From assembly GCA_021850485.1 (NCBI GenBank), contig JAJZLY010000007.1:26973-90972 (forward strand): a DNA stretch of 64,000 bases, read 5' to 3'. This document shows positions 9,497-20,119 of this stretch, piece by piece. The notes below the pieces were generated by a model. The model was not told where the DNA came from. It did not search any database and was given only the letters and a program-made list of their open reading frames with translations. A program made the translations under genes and the position numbers. Numbering within the stretch: the stretch's first letter is position 1; each line of letters begins with the position of its first letter. The stretch is from Bacillota bacterium. Lineage in GTDB: Bacteria > Bacillota > Sulfobacillia > JAJZYS01 > JAJZLH01.

Positions 9497-10569
9497 CTGG
9501 CGGCTTCAGCCTGCACTGGCAGCGAGCCGGCCAGCACCGTCCGGTACAAGTCGGCGTAAAGGGCGGCCTCCTGATCGACGTTATAGACCGACGTCGCCCG
9601 CCGCTTGGCAGCTCGACCCAGCGCTACCCGCAGCGGCCGGTTCAGCGCCAGCTGGCGAGCCTCGGCCACCGCCTGACCCGGCTCAGAGAAGAGCAACCCG
9701 ACCGCTTCTTGTCCGGCAACATGGCCGAGGGCCGCCCTGTTGCCCATGTTGTCCTGGGCCAAGGTGGGCTTGCCGAATGCCATCGCCTCGAGCAGGCTGT
9801 TGGCCAGCCCCTCCGCTTCCGAGGTGTTGAGGACCACGTCCGCGGCCCGGTACAGTCCGCCGACCTGCTCGTAGGGAACAGCACCCAGCCACTGCATCCA
9901 CGGATGGGCCGCCGCCTTGGCTGCCACCTCGGCGACTAGAGCCGAGTCCATTTCGGCGCCAGCCACCAGCAGGCGCGCCTGGGGCACAGTGGGGAGCAGC
10001 CGCTCCACGATGTCGACGGCCGCCAGTGGCCTCTTGACGGCTCGCATCCCCGCTGGCAGAAAGAACACGATGTCCTGGGCCGAAAGTCCCAGTCGCCGGC
10101 GCCAGCTGGCACCGGGCGGCTTCAGGGCGCCCGGTGGCACCACCACCACCGGCGTGGTCAGTTCAGGCAGCAGTTGGCCGAGACGGGCGCCTTCAGAACG
10201 ATCAAAGACCACCACCGCCGCCGCGTCTGCCAGCACTGGCAGTAGCGTCTGGCGGCCGCTGGGGTCGGCCAGATCCGCGGACAGGTCTGTGCCGGTCAGC
10301 GTGATCACGTAGGGGAGTCCATTGGCCTGTGCCACCTGGCGCACAGCCAGCCCAGTGCGCCGGGCATGCATGCCATGCAAAATCTGGACGCCGCTCAGCC
10401 GGTCACCTGTCTCGATGTCTGAGCGCCGCACTGGCGTTGCCGCCAGCCCCAGTTTGCCGACCGCCCGCGCCATGCGCTGGGCGGTGACGGTGTTGCCGCT
10501 TCCCGGCCACAGTTCGTCGGCCACCACAATCTGAATCAAGTTGATGCTCCTTCTCGGACTCTGAGCCAA
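9493..10569 (-). CDS. GT4-family glycosyltransferase
   Basis: E-x7-E motif (SEAEGLANSLLEAMAFGKP) and GT-B fold signature. Its stop overlaps the start of the downstream CE4-like gene. Confidence 0.7.
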   Translation of the reverse strand: MAQSPRRSINLIQIVVADELWPGSGNTVTAQRMARAVGKLGLAATPVRRSDIETGDRLSGVQILHGMHARRTGLAVRQVAQANGLPYVITLTGTDLSADLADPSGRQTLLPVLADAAAVVVFDRSEGARLGQLLPELTTPVVVVPPGALKPPGASWRRRLGLSAQDIVFFLPAGMRAVKRPLAAVDIVERLLPTVPQARLLVAGAEMDSALVAEVAAKAAAHPWMQWLGAVPYEQVGGLYRAADVVLNTSEAEGLANSLLEAMAFGKPTLAQDNMGNRAALGHVAGQEAVGLLFSEPGQAVAEARQLALNRPLRVALGRAAKRRATSVYNVDQEAALYADLYRTVLAGSLPVQAEAAR

Positions 10570-10708
10570 GACAAGGCACTGGCGGGGTCCCTAAACTCCC
10601 CGGTGCAAACCTTCGACTGGAGTTAGTGTACCAGAGCCGGGCCGACCGTGCTACATAAAACATAGTAGCGGGTGGCGACTTGGGCCGGTGCCACGGCGCC
10701 GCCTCACG

Positions 10709-11566
10709 TCAACGCCCGATCAGGATGCCCAGGGCCAAGACACCGCCGACGATTAGGTCGATGCGCGCGGCCGAAGGCAGCAGCCGAGTCGACTCTGTCT
10801 CCCGGTACAGCCCGCCGACCAGCGGCAGAGCCAGCAGGCTCAGTGCGGACCAAGGCGGCAGGGCGCCCAGCAACATCCACAATGCCGGCAACACCACCCC
10901 GGTCGCCGCCAGTATTATGAGCAGGACTTTCCCCCGCCGCTCGCCGAGGCGGCCGACTAGGGTGCGCCGGCCCTTGGCCAAATCCTGAGTGCGGTCGCGC
11001 AGGTGATTGGCCACCAAGATCGCCGCCGTAAGCAGCCCCACCGCCACCCCGGCCAGCAAGCCGCCGACGGTGACCTGACCGCTGGCGGCCAGTTGCACGG
11101 CGATGACCTCCAAAGGACCCATCAGCCAGAACACCCAGGCCTCGCCCACGACGCTGGCCGAAAGCGGCCTCGGACCCAAGCTGTACAGTCCGTTGCCAGC
11201 CGCTGCCAACAGGCCCATGGCCAATAGCGGCCAGCCTCTGGCGGCCACCAGCACCAGCCCGCCGCCCAGAGCCAGCAGGAAGATCAATACCGCCAGTTGG
11301 GCGACCCGGCCGGCGGAAAGTTCGCCGCTGACCAGCACGCCGGCGATACCAGCAGATTCCCGGCTGTCCAGTCCGTGATGGAAGTCCGCATATTCGTTGA
11401 TCACATTAGCCCCGATCTGGAGCAACACCGCCACTGCCACCATCACCAGCCACAGCGGCCAGGAGAACTGCCGGCCGGCGGCCAGCGCACCGCCCACCAG
11501 CACGGGCGCCGCCGTGGCGGCCAAGGTGGGTAGGCGGGTCAACCGCAGTAGCTGACGCCAGCTCAC
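10709..11566 (-). CDS. menA: 1,4-dihydroxy-2-naphthoate polyprenyltransferase (UbiA family)
   Basis: Polytopic membrane protein with NVINEYADFHHGLD (NxxxDxxxD) prenyltransferase motif, in a men operon context. Confidence 0.8.
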   Translation of the reverse strand: MSWRQLLRLTRLPTLAATAAPVLVGGALAAGRQFSWPLWLVMVAVAVLLQIGANVINEYADFHHGLDSRESAGIAGVLVSGELSAGRVAQLAVLIFLLALGGGLVLVAARGWPLLAMGLLAAAGNGLYSLGPRPLSASVVGEAWVFWLMGPLEVIAVQLAASGQVTVGGLLAGVAVGLLTAAILVANHLRDRTQDLAKGRRTLVGRLGERRGKVLLIILAATGVVLPALWMLLGALPPWSALSLLALPLVGGLYRETESTRLLPSAARIDLIVGGVLALGILIGR

Positions 11567-12975
11567 GGCCGTACCTCGGCCTGTTCAGCCAGCGCCGCCA
11601 ACTCGCCGTGCAACACCTTGCCCAGGGGGCCTTTGGGCAGTTGTGAGACGAAGCGGATCTCCTTCGGGACCTGGTACGGCGCCAAGAAGCTGCGACAGTG
11701 GGCGAGCAGCGACTGTGCGCCGATGCGGCGATCGGGCACCACCACCAGCGCCCACGGCACTTGGCCCCAAGTTGCGTCCAGGTGGCCAAACACGGCGGCG
11801 TCGAGCACAACTGGATGGCTCCTCAACACCAACTCCACCTCATAGGGCGTCACCTTCTCGCCGCCGGAGATGATCAGGTCTTGAGCTCTGCCCCCGACCC
11901 AAAGTTCCCCCTGGTCTCCCAATCTGCCCACATCGCCCGTATGCAGCCAGCCACCCTGGAGCACCTGGCGGCTGGCCGTTTCATCTTGCCAGTAGCCTGA
12001 GAACAGGGTCGGCCCTGCGATCAAGATTTCTCCCTCAGCCTCGGTCCCATCGATGCGGATCTGGCTGGAAGATAGCGGCCAGCCGGCGCTGGCGGTCAGG
12101 GCTGCCGGCGATCCAGGCGGCAACACTGCCACCTGGGAAGCGGTCTCGGTCAGACCGTAGGTGGTCGCCACCGGCAGGCCACGCCCGATGGCCTCTTCCA
12201 GCATCTCGCGCGGCGCTGGCCCGCCGCCGATCATCGCCAGGCGCAGGCCAGATGGCAGGGCGTGGCGGAGCGCCAACAGGCGCTGCAAGGTGGTGGCGAC
12301 CAGGGAGAGGTGCGTCAGCTGATGGCGGTCAATGGCGTCTGCCATGGCCTCTGCCGAAAAGTCCTCGGCCAGGGCAACGGGTATCTGTGCCAGCGCCGAG
12401 CGCACCAGGATGCCAAGGCCGCCCACATGAAACAGCGGCAATGAGGCCAGCCAGCGGTCAGTGGGCTGGACGCCGATCAGGTCGAGATGCTGGCGGGCGC
12501 TGGCGATCAGCGCGCCCTGGCTGAGGATGGCGCCCTTGGCCGTACCGGTGGTCCCGGAAGTAAAAATGATCAGGGCCGGCGTGTCGGCGTGCCGTGGCGC
12601 CCTCACCACGGTCTCACTGGCGACAGGCAGCTCCTCGGCAGTCGGCTGCTCGGCAGTGAGGGTGCAGGTGGCTTCCACCAAGGCGATACGTCGGTCCCGC
12701 TCGGCACTCGGCAGCCGGGGGTCCAGCGGCACAGCTACCGCCGCCAGGCTCCAGATCGCCCACAGCGCCTCCACCATCTGCCGCCCGTGCGGCAAGACTA
12801 GGGCCACCCGATCGCCAGGGCCCACCCCCTGGGCGACCAGCGAGTTGGCGACGCGCTGCACCTGCTCGTCGAGCTGCCGCCAGGTCAGGGCAAAGCTGGC
12901 GTCCAGCAGCGCCGACTCATCTGGGCGCTGACTGGCCGCCAGGCGGATCAACTGGCCCAAGGCGGGCTGCGCCAT
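11563..12975 (-). CDS. menE: o-succinylbenzoate-CoA ligase
   Basis: Adenylate-forming enzyme motifs IFTSGTTGTAKG, TGD and GYWQD, in a men operon. Confidence 0.8.
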   Translation of the reverse strand: MAQPALGQLIRLAASQRPDESALLDASFALTWRQLDEQVQRVANSLVAQGVGPGDRVALVLPHGRQMVEALWAIWSLAAVAVPLDPRLPSAERDRRIALVEATCTLTAEQPTAEELPVASETVVRAPRHADTPALIIFTSGTTGTAKGAILSQGALIASARQHLDLIGVQPTDRWLASLPLFHVGGLGILVRSALAQIPVALAEDFSAEAMADAIDRHQLTHLSLVATTLQRLLALRHALPSGLRLAMIGGGPAPREMLEEAIGRGLPVATTYGLTETASQVAVLPPGSPAALTASAGWPLSSSQIRIDGTEAEGEILIAGPTLFSGYWQDETASRQVLQGGWLHTGDVGRLGDQGELWVGGRAQDLIISGGEKVTPYEVELVLRSHPVVLDAAVFGHLDATWGQVPWALVVVPDRRIGAQSLLAHCRSFLAPYQVPKEIRFVSQLPKGPLGKVLHGELAALAEQAEVRP

Positions 12976-12978
12976 CGT

Positions 12979-13815
12979 CTAGGGCAGGCGCGGGAACTTC
13001 TTGAAGTCGGGAGCGCGTTTTTCCAAATAGGCGTTGCGTCCCTCTTGGCCCTCGGCCGACATGTAATAGAGCATGGTGGCATCTCCCGCCAGTTGCTGGA
13101 TTCCAGCCAGGCCGTCGGTGTCGGCGTTGAAGGCAGCCTTGAGGAAGCGCAGGGCGATCGGGCTCTTTTGCAACATCTCGCGGGCCCACTCGACGGTCTC
13201 CGCCTCCAGCTCGGCCAGCGGCACGACCTGATTGACCAACCCCATCTGCAACGCCTCTTGGGCATCGTACTGGCGGCATAGATACCAGATCTCCCGGGCC
13301 CGCTTGTGCCCGACCATGCGGGCCAGCATGGTGGCACCGTAGCCGGCGTCGAAGCTGCCGACTTTGGGTCCAGTCTGACCAAAGCGGGCGTTATCGGCGG
13401 CAATGGTGAGATCGCACACGACGTGCAAAACATGGCCGCCGCCGATGGCGTAGCCTGCCACCATGGCGATCACCGGCTTGGGCAAAAGCCGGATCTGCCG
13501 CTGCAGGGCCAGCACGTTGAGTCTGGGCACACCGTCTTTGCCCACATACCCGGCGTCTCCGCGAATCCGCTGGTCGCCGCCCGAGCAAAACGCCTGGTCT
13601 CCCTGACCGGTGAGGATCACCACCCCCACCTCGGGGTCCTCGTGCGCTCGGGTGAAGGCCTGAGCGAGCTCATCCACCGTCTCCGGACGAAACGCATTGC
13701 GCACCTCGGGGCGGTTGATCGTGATCTTGGCCATGCCCTCAGCCGCTTCATAGATCACGTCTTGGTAGCTGCCTTGGCGCTGCCAGTTGGGGATCTTGCG
13801 CATCTGTTCAGCCAC
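12979..13815 (-). CDS. menB: 1,4-dihydroxy-2-naphthoyl-CoA synthase
   Basis: Crotonase fold with strong MenB signatures ([37 protein letters not shown]). Confidence 0.9.
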   Translation of the reverse strand: MAEQMRKIPNWQRQGSYQDVIYEAAEGMAKITINRPEVRNAFRPETVDELAQAFTRAHEDPEVGVVILTGQGDQAFCSGGDQRIRGDAGYVGKDGVPRLNVLALQRQIRLLPKPVIAMVAGYAIGGGHVLHVVCDLTIAADNARFGQTGPKVGSFDAGYGATMLARMVGHKRAREIWYLCRQYDAQEALQMGLVNQVVPLAELEAETVEWAREMLQKSPIALRFLKAAFNADTDGLAGIQQLAGDATMLYYMSAEGQEGRNAYLEKRAPDFKKFPRLP

Positions 13816-14660
13816 TAGCGGACCCTCCTTTGATCGGACACGCGGATCTGATCGTCCGGTCTGGGCGTCATCACCTGGCGCAAAAACGTCCAGATGGCTT
13901 CGGCTGCCTCGGCTGGTGCCTCCAGGTGGAGATTGTGCCCGGCGCCGGATACCACCGCTCCCTCAGCCTTGGGGATGGCCGCCACCAGCCGCTCCAATTG
14001 GCTTACATAGGTCTGGTCCTCGCGGCCAGCCAGCACCAATGTCGGCACCGCCAGTCCGGCCAGCTGCTCTGTGCTGAGGCCGGTACGGGCCTGGCCACCA
14101 CCGGCCAGCGCCTCAGCTAGCCCGATCGGGTCTTGGCCCATGCGGATGCGCCGTTGGGCGGCCAGGCGGCTGGCTGGCAGACGGCGCTGGCTGGCAAATA
14201 CGCTCTGGGTCTCCCAGCGAGCCACGAACGCGGAAATCGAGTCTCGGGACATCTGGGCGGCAAGGGCGAGGTCGGCGGCCAGTCTGTCTTGGCGCTGAGA
14301 GTCGGGCAGGGCCAGGCTCATGCTTTCCAACACCAGCGCCCACCACCGCCGCGGCTGGTCAAGGGCCGCCCGGGCCGCCAGGCGGGCGCCAAAGGAATAT
14401 CCGACCAGCGCCGCCTGGGCAACCTCAAGCCGGTCCAACAGCTCACTCAGCGCAGCGAGCGTCTCCTCAACGTACGAGGCGGCCGCTATGCCCAGGCTCC
14501 GGCCGTGGCCGGGCAGATCGACCGCCACCGTTCGAAAGCCGGCGCAAAGTCGATCTTGGAGGTCAGCCATCGACCGGCCGTCTTGGGCAAAGCCGTGCAA
14601 CAAGACGACCGTCGGCCCTGAGCCACGCACGGTCGTGGCCAGCGGCGTGAGCTTAGACAC
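13815..14660 (-). CDS. menH: 2-succinyl-6-hydroxy-2,4-cyclohexadiene-1-carboxylate synthase (alpha/beta hydrolase)
   Basis: LLHGF...GYSFGARLA alpha/beta-hydrolase motifs. GTG start 14658-14660 lies 7 nt after GGGGAGGTG; the ORF-track extension is rejected. Confidence 0.7.
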   Translation of the reverse strand: MSKLTPLATTVRGSGPTVVLLHGFAQDGRSMADLQDRLCAGFRTVAVDLPGHGRSLGIAAASYVEETLAALSELLDRLEVAQAALVGYSFGARLAARAALDQPRRWWALVLESMSLALPDSQRQDRLAADLALAAQMSRDSISAFVARWETQSVFASQRRLPASRLAAQRRIRMGQDPIGLAEALAGGGQARTGLSTEQLAGLAVPTLVLAGREDQTYVSQLERLVAAIPKAEGAVVSGAGHNLHLEAPAEAAEAIWTFLRQVMTPRPDDQIRVSDQRRVR

Positions 14661-16383
14661 GACTGCGCACCTCCCCGATCGCAGCCAGGGCCCGGCCCCC
14701 CGCTTCTTGCCACAACGCTTGATGACCAAGGAGGTTCGCTCTCCGCTCGCTAGGCACCTCGATCACATCAACGCCGCGGGAAGCTGCAGGTCGGGACAGA
14801 GCCTGGCGCAAGCCAGGGCGCGTAGCGACCCGCTGCCAGCTGCCGCCCCAGGCCAAGACCAGTTCTTGGAACGACTGGCCGTGCGGCGTTCCAAACACCG
14901 TCTCGAACTCGGGCGCCGCCACCTGTGGCAGCATGGAAAAAATACCGCCGCCGTCGTTGTGAATCAGCACCACCCGGAGCGAAAGACCCAGCCGTCTGGC
15001 GGTGAGCAGGGCGGATTGGTCGTGCAAAAAAGACAGATCCCCGATCAGTAAGGTGGGGTGGGTGCCGCTGCTGGCCACTCCCAGCGCCGTCGACGTGACG
15101 CCGTCGATGCCGCTGGCACCGCGGTTGGCGAAGATCTCCACCAGTCTGCCGCCCACCGGCCAGGTGGCGTCCAGATCGCGAATCGGCATGGAATTTCCGA
15201 CCACCAGCGGCCGACCTGCACCAAGCGCAGTTCGCAGGGTCAAGACGGTGGAGAGTTCGCTCAGTGGCCCTTGACTCGCCCCGAGCACCTCCTGCCACGC
15301 CGCCTGGTCGGCCATCTGCCAGCGTTCGCTCCAGATCCTGTCGGGTCGTTGCCGAATGCGCCCGGCCAGAGCTGCGGCGGCCAGGCCCAGTTGGCCAGGG
15401 ACCACCAGGCCCTCGCCAAGGGCGGGGTCTGGCCACGTCGCCGTATCCGCCAGCCAGACCCGGGGAACGTCTTGCCATTCGCTCAGGGTACGCAGCAGGG
15501 CCGCCGAAATGGGTGCCTGACCCGCCATCAGCAAGACCTCGGGGCGAAGCTGCTGGCGGACCTCTTGGTCACGCAGGAAGAGATCGTAGTGTGCGATCCG
15601 CGCCGCTCCTTGGCCGGGACCGGTCCGTAGCTGGGACAAGGGATCGACTAGGATCGGCCAGCCCAGCGTCTTAGCCAGGTGCAAGAGCGGCCGGCCATGG
15701 ACGTGTGCGGGAAGAGGCCCAGCCACCACCAGGCCACGTCTGCCAGCCAGACGAGCCTCAGCCGCGCCCACGGTGGGGCGGGTCGGCGCCGTCGTCGCCG
15801 TCCCCCATAGGAGCTGGGGCGAAGTCTGGGCACTGACTTTGGCGGTCGCAAACAGCGGCTCGCGCAGGGGCAGATTGATGTGCACCGGCCCCATCGGCGC
15901 GCCCTGGGCGACTGCCAGGGCCCGGGCTGTGATGTAGGCCGGGAACAGACTTTGGGTGGCATCGGCCAAGGCGTCGGCGAAGATCTCCCAGGCACCCAAC
16001 ACCTGGTCGCCAAACAAGCGGGTCTGAGAAATCGTCTGCGGTGCACCGACTCCTTGCGCTTCTGGCGGTCGGTCGGCGGTCAGCACGATCAGGGGCACCT
16101 GGCCGTGGGCAGCCTCCACCACCGCCGGCATCAGATTGGCGGCCGCTGTCCCCGAGGTGGTGAGGATCGCAACCGGTGCACGACTGGCTTTCGCCCGCCC
16201 CAAGGCGAAGAAGCCCATCGACCGTTCGTCGAGGTGGACGGTGACCTCGAGGCCGCTATGGCGGCTAAGAGCCAACGCCAGCGGCCCCGAGCGCGACCCT
16301 GGTGCCAAGCAGACCGTCTCAACACCGCCAGCGACTAGCGCATCGGCCAGTGCAGTTAGGGCTGGATGGTCAGCGCCAGCCAT
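14653..16383 (-). CDS. menD: 2-succinyl-5-enolpyruvyl-6-hydroxy-3-cyclohexene-1-carboxylate synthase (ThDP-dependent)
   Basis: MAGADHPALTALADALVAGGVETVCLAPGSRSGPL... carries ThDP-enzyme motifs. ATG at 16381-16383; the ORF-track extension to 16509 would overlap menF. Confidence 0.85.
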   Translation of the reverse strand: MAGADHPALTALADALVAGGVETVCLAPGSRSGPLALALSRHSGLEVTVHLDERSMGFFALGRAKASRAPVAILTTSGTAAANLMPAVVEAAHGQVPLIVLTADRPPEAQGVGAPQTISQTRLFGDQVLGAWEIFADALADATQSLFPAYITARALAVAQGAPMGPVHINLPLREPLFATAKVSAQTSPQLLWGTATTAPTRPTVGAAEARLAGRRGLVVAGPLPAHVHGRPLLHLAKTLGWPILVDPLSQLRTGPGQGAARIAHYDLFLRDQEVRQQLRPEVLLMAGQAPISAALLRTLSEWQDVPRVWLADTATWPDPALGEGLVVPGQLGLAAAALAGRIRQRPDRIWSERWQMADQAAWQEVLGASQGPLSELSTVLTLRTALGAGRPLVVGNSMPIRDLDATWPVGGRLVEIFANRGASGIDGVTSTALGVASSGTHPTLLIGDLSFLHDQSALLTARRLGLSLRVVLIHNDGGGIFSMLPQVAAPEFETVFGTPHGQSFQELVLAWGGSWQRVATRPGLRQALSRPAASRGVDVIEVPSERRANLLGHQALWQEAGGRALAAIGEVRSRV

Positions 16384-17572
16384 CGGCTCCACCCCTCTCC
16401 AAAGCGCCTTGTACCACCCGCAATTTCGCCCCAGTCTCCTGCCACTCGGCGTCCGGCTCAGATCCCCGCACCAGACCGCCACCGGCGAACAGGTGTGCCT
16501 TTGGCCCACTCAGCAGCGCACAGCGGATGGCGACCACCGCATGAGCTTCCCCCGTGGCCTCAGCCCAGCCCACCACACCTCCGTAGTAGCCGCGGCCAAA
16601 CGGCTCCTGGCGGCGAATCCACTGCAGCGCCTCGCTGCGTGGCTCACCGGCCAGGGCGGGTGTCGGGTGGAGCAAGGTGAGCAGGGCGTAAAAGGAACTG
16701 GCGGAGTCCGCCTTTGCCTCGACCGTGGCCGTCAGATGGCGAAAGGAGCCCTGGTGCACCTCACTGAGTGCACTGTGGACCGGAGTCAGTCCCAGAGTCC
16801 GAAACGCGCGGTCGACATAACTCTCGACAACGGCCTGCTCCCGTCTCTCCTTATCCCGCCAGGCACCACCATCACCAACGGCGCCATCGATCAGCGTCCC
16901 AGCCAGGCAGGCCGTCTGCAGCCTGCCCTGGCGGTAGGACACCAATAACTCAGGGCTGGCGCCCACAAAGTCCTGCCCGCCCACCCGCCACGACCAGACG
17001 GTAGCCGCCTGGTTGCCGCGGACCAGTTCCGCCACCGTGCCCGGTACATCGATCGGATGATCGTAGGTCAAATCCAAGCGCCGGGCCAAGACCACCTTGT
17101 CGATCTGCCCGGCCGAAATCGCCGCAGTGGTGCGCCGTACCCGATCCGCCCAGTCCGCATGCTCGGGTCTGAGCCGGCTGCGCAGCGGTCGCCAGGCGGC
17201 CATCTCCGGGCCCGATTGCTGCGGCCACTCCCCAGGCGCCGGAACCCACTGCCCCGGAACCAGGACCAGACCCGGCGGCAGGCCGCGCCACAGGCCGCGG
17301 CAGCTATCTGGCTGAAAGGCCATGAGAAAGGCCACCCGCTCGCCCTCGGCCCGCTCCAGGGCTGCTCCCGTCACCGCCTCAAGGTCCTGCGTTCGCTCTA
17401 GGCGAGTGCACTGGCGCACGCCGAAGCTGAGCCCACCTCGTCCTCCGGCTGGTTTGAGGAAGACTGCGACAGAGGCTGTCTGGTACGCACGCCAGACCGC
17501 CTGCCAGCTGAGTCGATGGCTGGTGGCAGGCGACGCTGAATCGGCGGGGATCACGGGTGAATGACCATTCAC
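16370..17572 (-). CDS. menF: Isochorismate synthase
   Basis: Chorismate-binding C-terminal domain (ALLTLLHPTPALAGEP..., GRGYYGGVVGW, FAGGGLV), first gene of the men operon. Confidence 0.8.
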   Translation of the reverse strand: MNGHSPVIPADSASPATSHRLSWQAVWRAYQTASVAVFLKPAGGRGGLSFGVRQCTRLERTQDLEAVTGAALERAEGERVAFLMAFQPDSCRGLWRGLPPGLVLVPGQWVPAPGEWPQQSGPEMAAWRPLRSRLRPEHADWADRVRRTTAAISAGQIDKVVLARRLDLTYDHPIDVPGTVAELVRGNQAATVWSWRVGGQDFVGASPELLVSYRQGRLQTACLAGTLIDGAVGDGGAWRDKERREQAVVESYVDRAFRTLGLTPVHSALSEVHQGSFRHLTATVEAKADSASSFYALLTLLHPTPALAGEPRSEALQWIRRQEPFGRGYYGGVVGWAEATGEAHAVVAIRCALLSGPKAHLFAGGGLVRGSEPDAEWQETGAKLRVVQGALERGGADGWR

Positions 17573-17619
17573 GCACTCATCCTAACGTCTCGCAGGGCGC
17601 GTCGCAATCGACTCCCGAT

Positions 17620-18210
17620 CTAAAAGATAAAGTTGGCCATGATGAAGATGATCACCAGCTGCATCAGGCCTTGAACCGCCGTGAACGCCAGGTACCGGCG
17701 CATCGTCCGGCCCACCCGGCCCAGGTCCGGCTGGGCCTTTTGGATCTCTAAAAAGACCTGGAGATTGGTTGGCAAGAGGATGCCGATCCCTTGCACGAAC
17801 AAGATCAGGGCCACCACGCCAGCCGCCACGAACCAGCCGTGCAACGGTCCGGGTTGGGAGAAGCCGAGGCGCGTCGCCAGGTAGTAGCCGGAGGTGGTGG
17901 CGACGGCGGCCAGGATCGGCAAGAACACCAAGGTACGCGGCATCAACTGGCTGACCACCGCCCGTCGCCCCTCCAGTGACAGCCGGCGCAGCACCGGTCC
18001 CAGGATGAAGCCGAGGAACAGGTCGATCCCGGTCCAGGCACCTCCGGTCAGCACATGCACATAGTCAAGGGCCAGCAGGTTACCAGAACCGAGCGCTGCG
18101 ATCAGGGCAACCACCAGCGCCCAGGCCCACCAGGATAGGCGCAGGGCACGGCCGAGAAGTTGCCAGCCTGTCTCCACCCGAACCTGTGCCTCGCTCACCG
18201 CTGACGCCAT
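17620..18210 (-). CDS. Hypothetical integral membrane protein
   Basis: About five hydrophobic helices; no recognisable motif. Confidence 0.5.
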   Translation of the reverse strand: MASAVSEAQVRVETGWQLLGRALRLSWWAWALVVALIAALGSGNLLALDYVHVLTGGAWTGIDLFLGFILGPVLRRLSLEGRRAVVSQLMPRTLVFLPILAAVATTSGYYLATRLGFSQPGPLHGWFVAAGVVALILFVQGIGILLPTNLQVFLEIQKAQPDLGRVGRTMRRYLAFTAVQGLMQLVIIFIMANFIF

Positions 18211-18267
18211 CGGTCATCCCTCCATAGGTCACCGCTCACGGCCAGCCAGAGCCGAGTCGGCCGCGCC

Positions 18268-19104
18268 TTAACCCTCGGCACCCTGGTCCCTGAGACCATC
18301 CAGCCAGGTGCCGACGATTTGGTTGAACTCACTTGCCCGCTCCAGCGACGGCAGGTGGGCGCAGTGCCGGATGGTGACACGGTGTGCCCCCGGGATCTGC
18401 TCCGCCATCATGGCGGCCTGCAGCTCGATCTCCGGGACGTCCTCATCGCCAATTAGGACCAAGGTCGGTGCCGAGATTTCGCCCAGCCGATCCAGGTCGA
18501 AAGATAGGTTGTCCGTGGGCACCGCATCCGGATTCCAGGCCCGCAGGTAATGATCTCGGTTCATCTCCCGGTACAGGTCCAGCAGATCTGGCGGCACGGC
18601 GCTGAGTGGCCGCCCGAGACCAGCCAACCACACTTGCGCCTCCAATTCGATCAGACGCTCCCACTCGCCGGCTGCTTCCGCCTGCTCGCACGCTCGATAG
18701 ATGTCAGGGCCCTCCAGCTCGCCTGTAAATCCATGCACGCCACTGCCCACCAGCACCAGACTACGCACCCGGTCCGGTGTGGTGAGGGCAACGCGAATCG
18801 CCGCCGCGCCGCCCATTGAGCAACCGACCAGGTCGGCTCGATCAATCTCAAGTGCGTCCATCAGATCCACAATGGCCTGAGCGTCAGAAAACTCTCCAGG
18901 CGCCAGGATGCTCTTGCCAAAGCCGGGTGCGTCCCAAGCCACCACCCGGTGCTGTGCGGCCAGCGGGCCGATCTGGAACTGCCACATGCGGTGGTCAGCG
19001 ACGCCGGCATGCAGGAGCAAGATGGCCGGGCCCTGGCCGGACTCCTGATACCAAACGTCTGTGCCGTGGACCGGCACGGTTCCCTCGCGCACAGGATGGA
19101 TCAC
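18268..19104 (-). CDS. Alpha/beta-hydrolase fold protein
   Basis: LLLHAG...GCSMGG (G-x-S-x-G nucleophile elbow) and a C-terminal His. Confidence 0.7.
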   Translation of the reverse strand: MIHPVREGTVPVHGTDVWYQESGQGPAILLLHAGVADHRMWQFQIGPLAAQHRVVAWDAPGFGKSILAPGEFSDAQAIVDLMDALEIDRADLVGCSMGGAAAIRVALTTPDRVRSLVLVGSGVHGFTGELEGPDIYRACEQAEAAGEWERLIELEAQVWLAGLGRPLSAVPPDLLDLYREMNRDHYLRAWNPDAVPTDNLSFDLDRLGEISAPTLVLIGDEDVPEIELQAAMMAEQIPGAHRVTIRHCAHLPSLERASEFNQIVGTWLDGLRDQGAEG

Positions 19105-19973
19105 GCTGTGGCCTCCTTGGATCGGGCGGTGAAGACGAGCTGTGCGGCGTCGCCGACGGGGCGGTAGCCGATCGCCTGATAGATCTTATTTGAGGTCGGA
19201 TTGGCCAGGTCGGTGAACAGGAAAATGCGCCGGTAGCCCTGGTTCAGACGAGTCTGACTGACCTGGGCGGTGAGCCAGCTGGCGTAGCCGTGCTTGCGCT
19301 CGGCCGGCGGCGTGTAGACTGGTCCGACCCGGATGCCGGTACCGGTCGGTGCGGCCGACCCCACCACCGACACCGGGTGCGGGTTTTGCCACAGCCAAAA
19401 GGCGGCCGTGGCATCACCGAACACCCGGTCCAGGCCACGCCTGGCCGCCTCGGCAGGCGGCCAGGGGGCAGTGGCGATCGTGGTGTGAAAGTCCGTAAAC
19501 CAAGCCAGCAGGAGGTCCCAGTCCGCCTCAGTGGCAAGGCGCAGACTGCCTGCGGGCTCCGGCGGCCAGTGCACCGACGTCAACTCGTAAATCCGCTCGG
19601 CGACTTGGAGCCTGGTGTCGACCGCGTGATGTGCCTGCCAGATCTCGGCAAACCGGTAGGTCAGCTCGCTGGGCCCGGTGACACCGGGCAAGTCAGGGGA
19701 TGCCACCGACAGATCGGCGGCGAGACACGTCAGGGCGTCCTCTCGATCGGACATGGACAGCACCACATTAAACGGGGGGGTCCGCAGTGCGACCAAGACC
19801 ACTTGGTCCGCCTCGAGCACAGCCGCAAAGTAGGCTTCTGGGTAATGACGAGGGTGGGTGGAAAAGGTCGAGAGGATACCCAGGGGCAAATTGTTCAGGG
19901 CCTCCTTCGCCGTGAGGAAATCGCCTGCCACTGCCATTAGCGCCGAAACCGTCTCGAATCGATGCACCTGCAC
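19101..19973 (-). CDS. GNAT-family N-acetyltransferase
   Basis: C-terminal acetyl-CoA binding region GYRRIFLFTDLANPTSNKIYQAIGYRPV. Confidence 0.6.
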   Translation of the reverse strand: MQVHRFETVSALMAVAGDFLTAKEALNNLPLGILSTFSTHPRHYPEAYFAAVLEADQVVLVALRTPPFNVVLSMSDREDALTCLAADLSVASPDLPGVTGPSELTYRFAEIWQAHHAVDTRLQVAERIYELTSVHWPPEPAGSLRLATEADWDLLLAWFTDFHTTIATAPWPPAEAARRGLDRVFGDATAAFWLWQNPHPVSVVGSAAPTGTGIRVGPVYTPPAERKHGYASWLTAQVSQTRLNQGYRRIFLFTDLANPTSNKIYQAIGYRPVGDAAQLVFTARSKEATA

Positions 19974-20119
19974 CCCACTCGTCCTCCCTCACGCGCCCGA
20001 TGCCAGACGGCACCTGATTGTCATGGGCCATGGCTCGGGGCCAGGATTCGTGCCGCCAACTGCGGAAGTCACTGGCCGATTTCCATTCGGCCACGCTGGG
20101 TTGACCAACTGGAGGGTTT

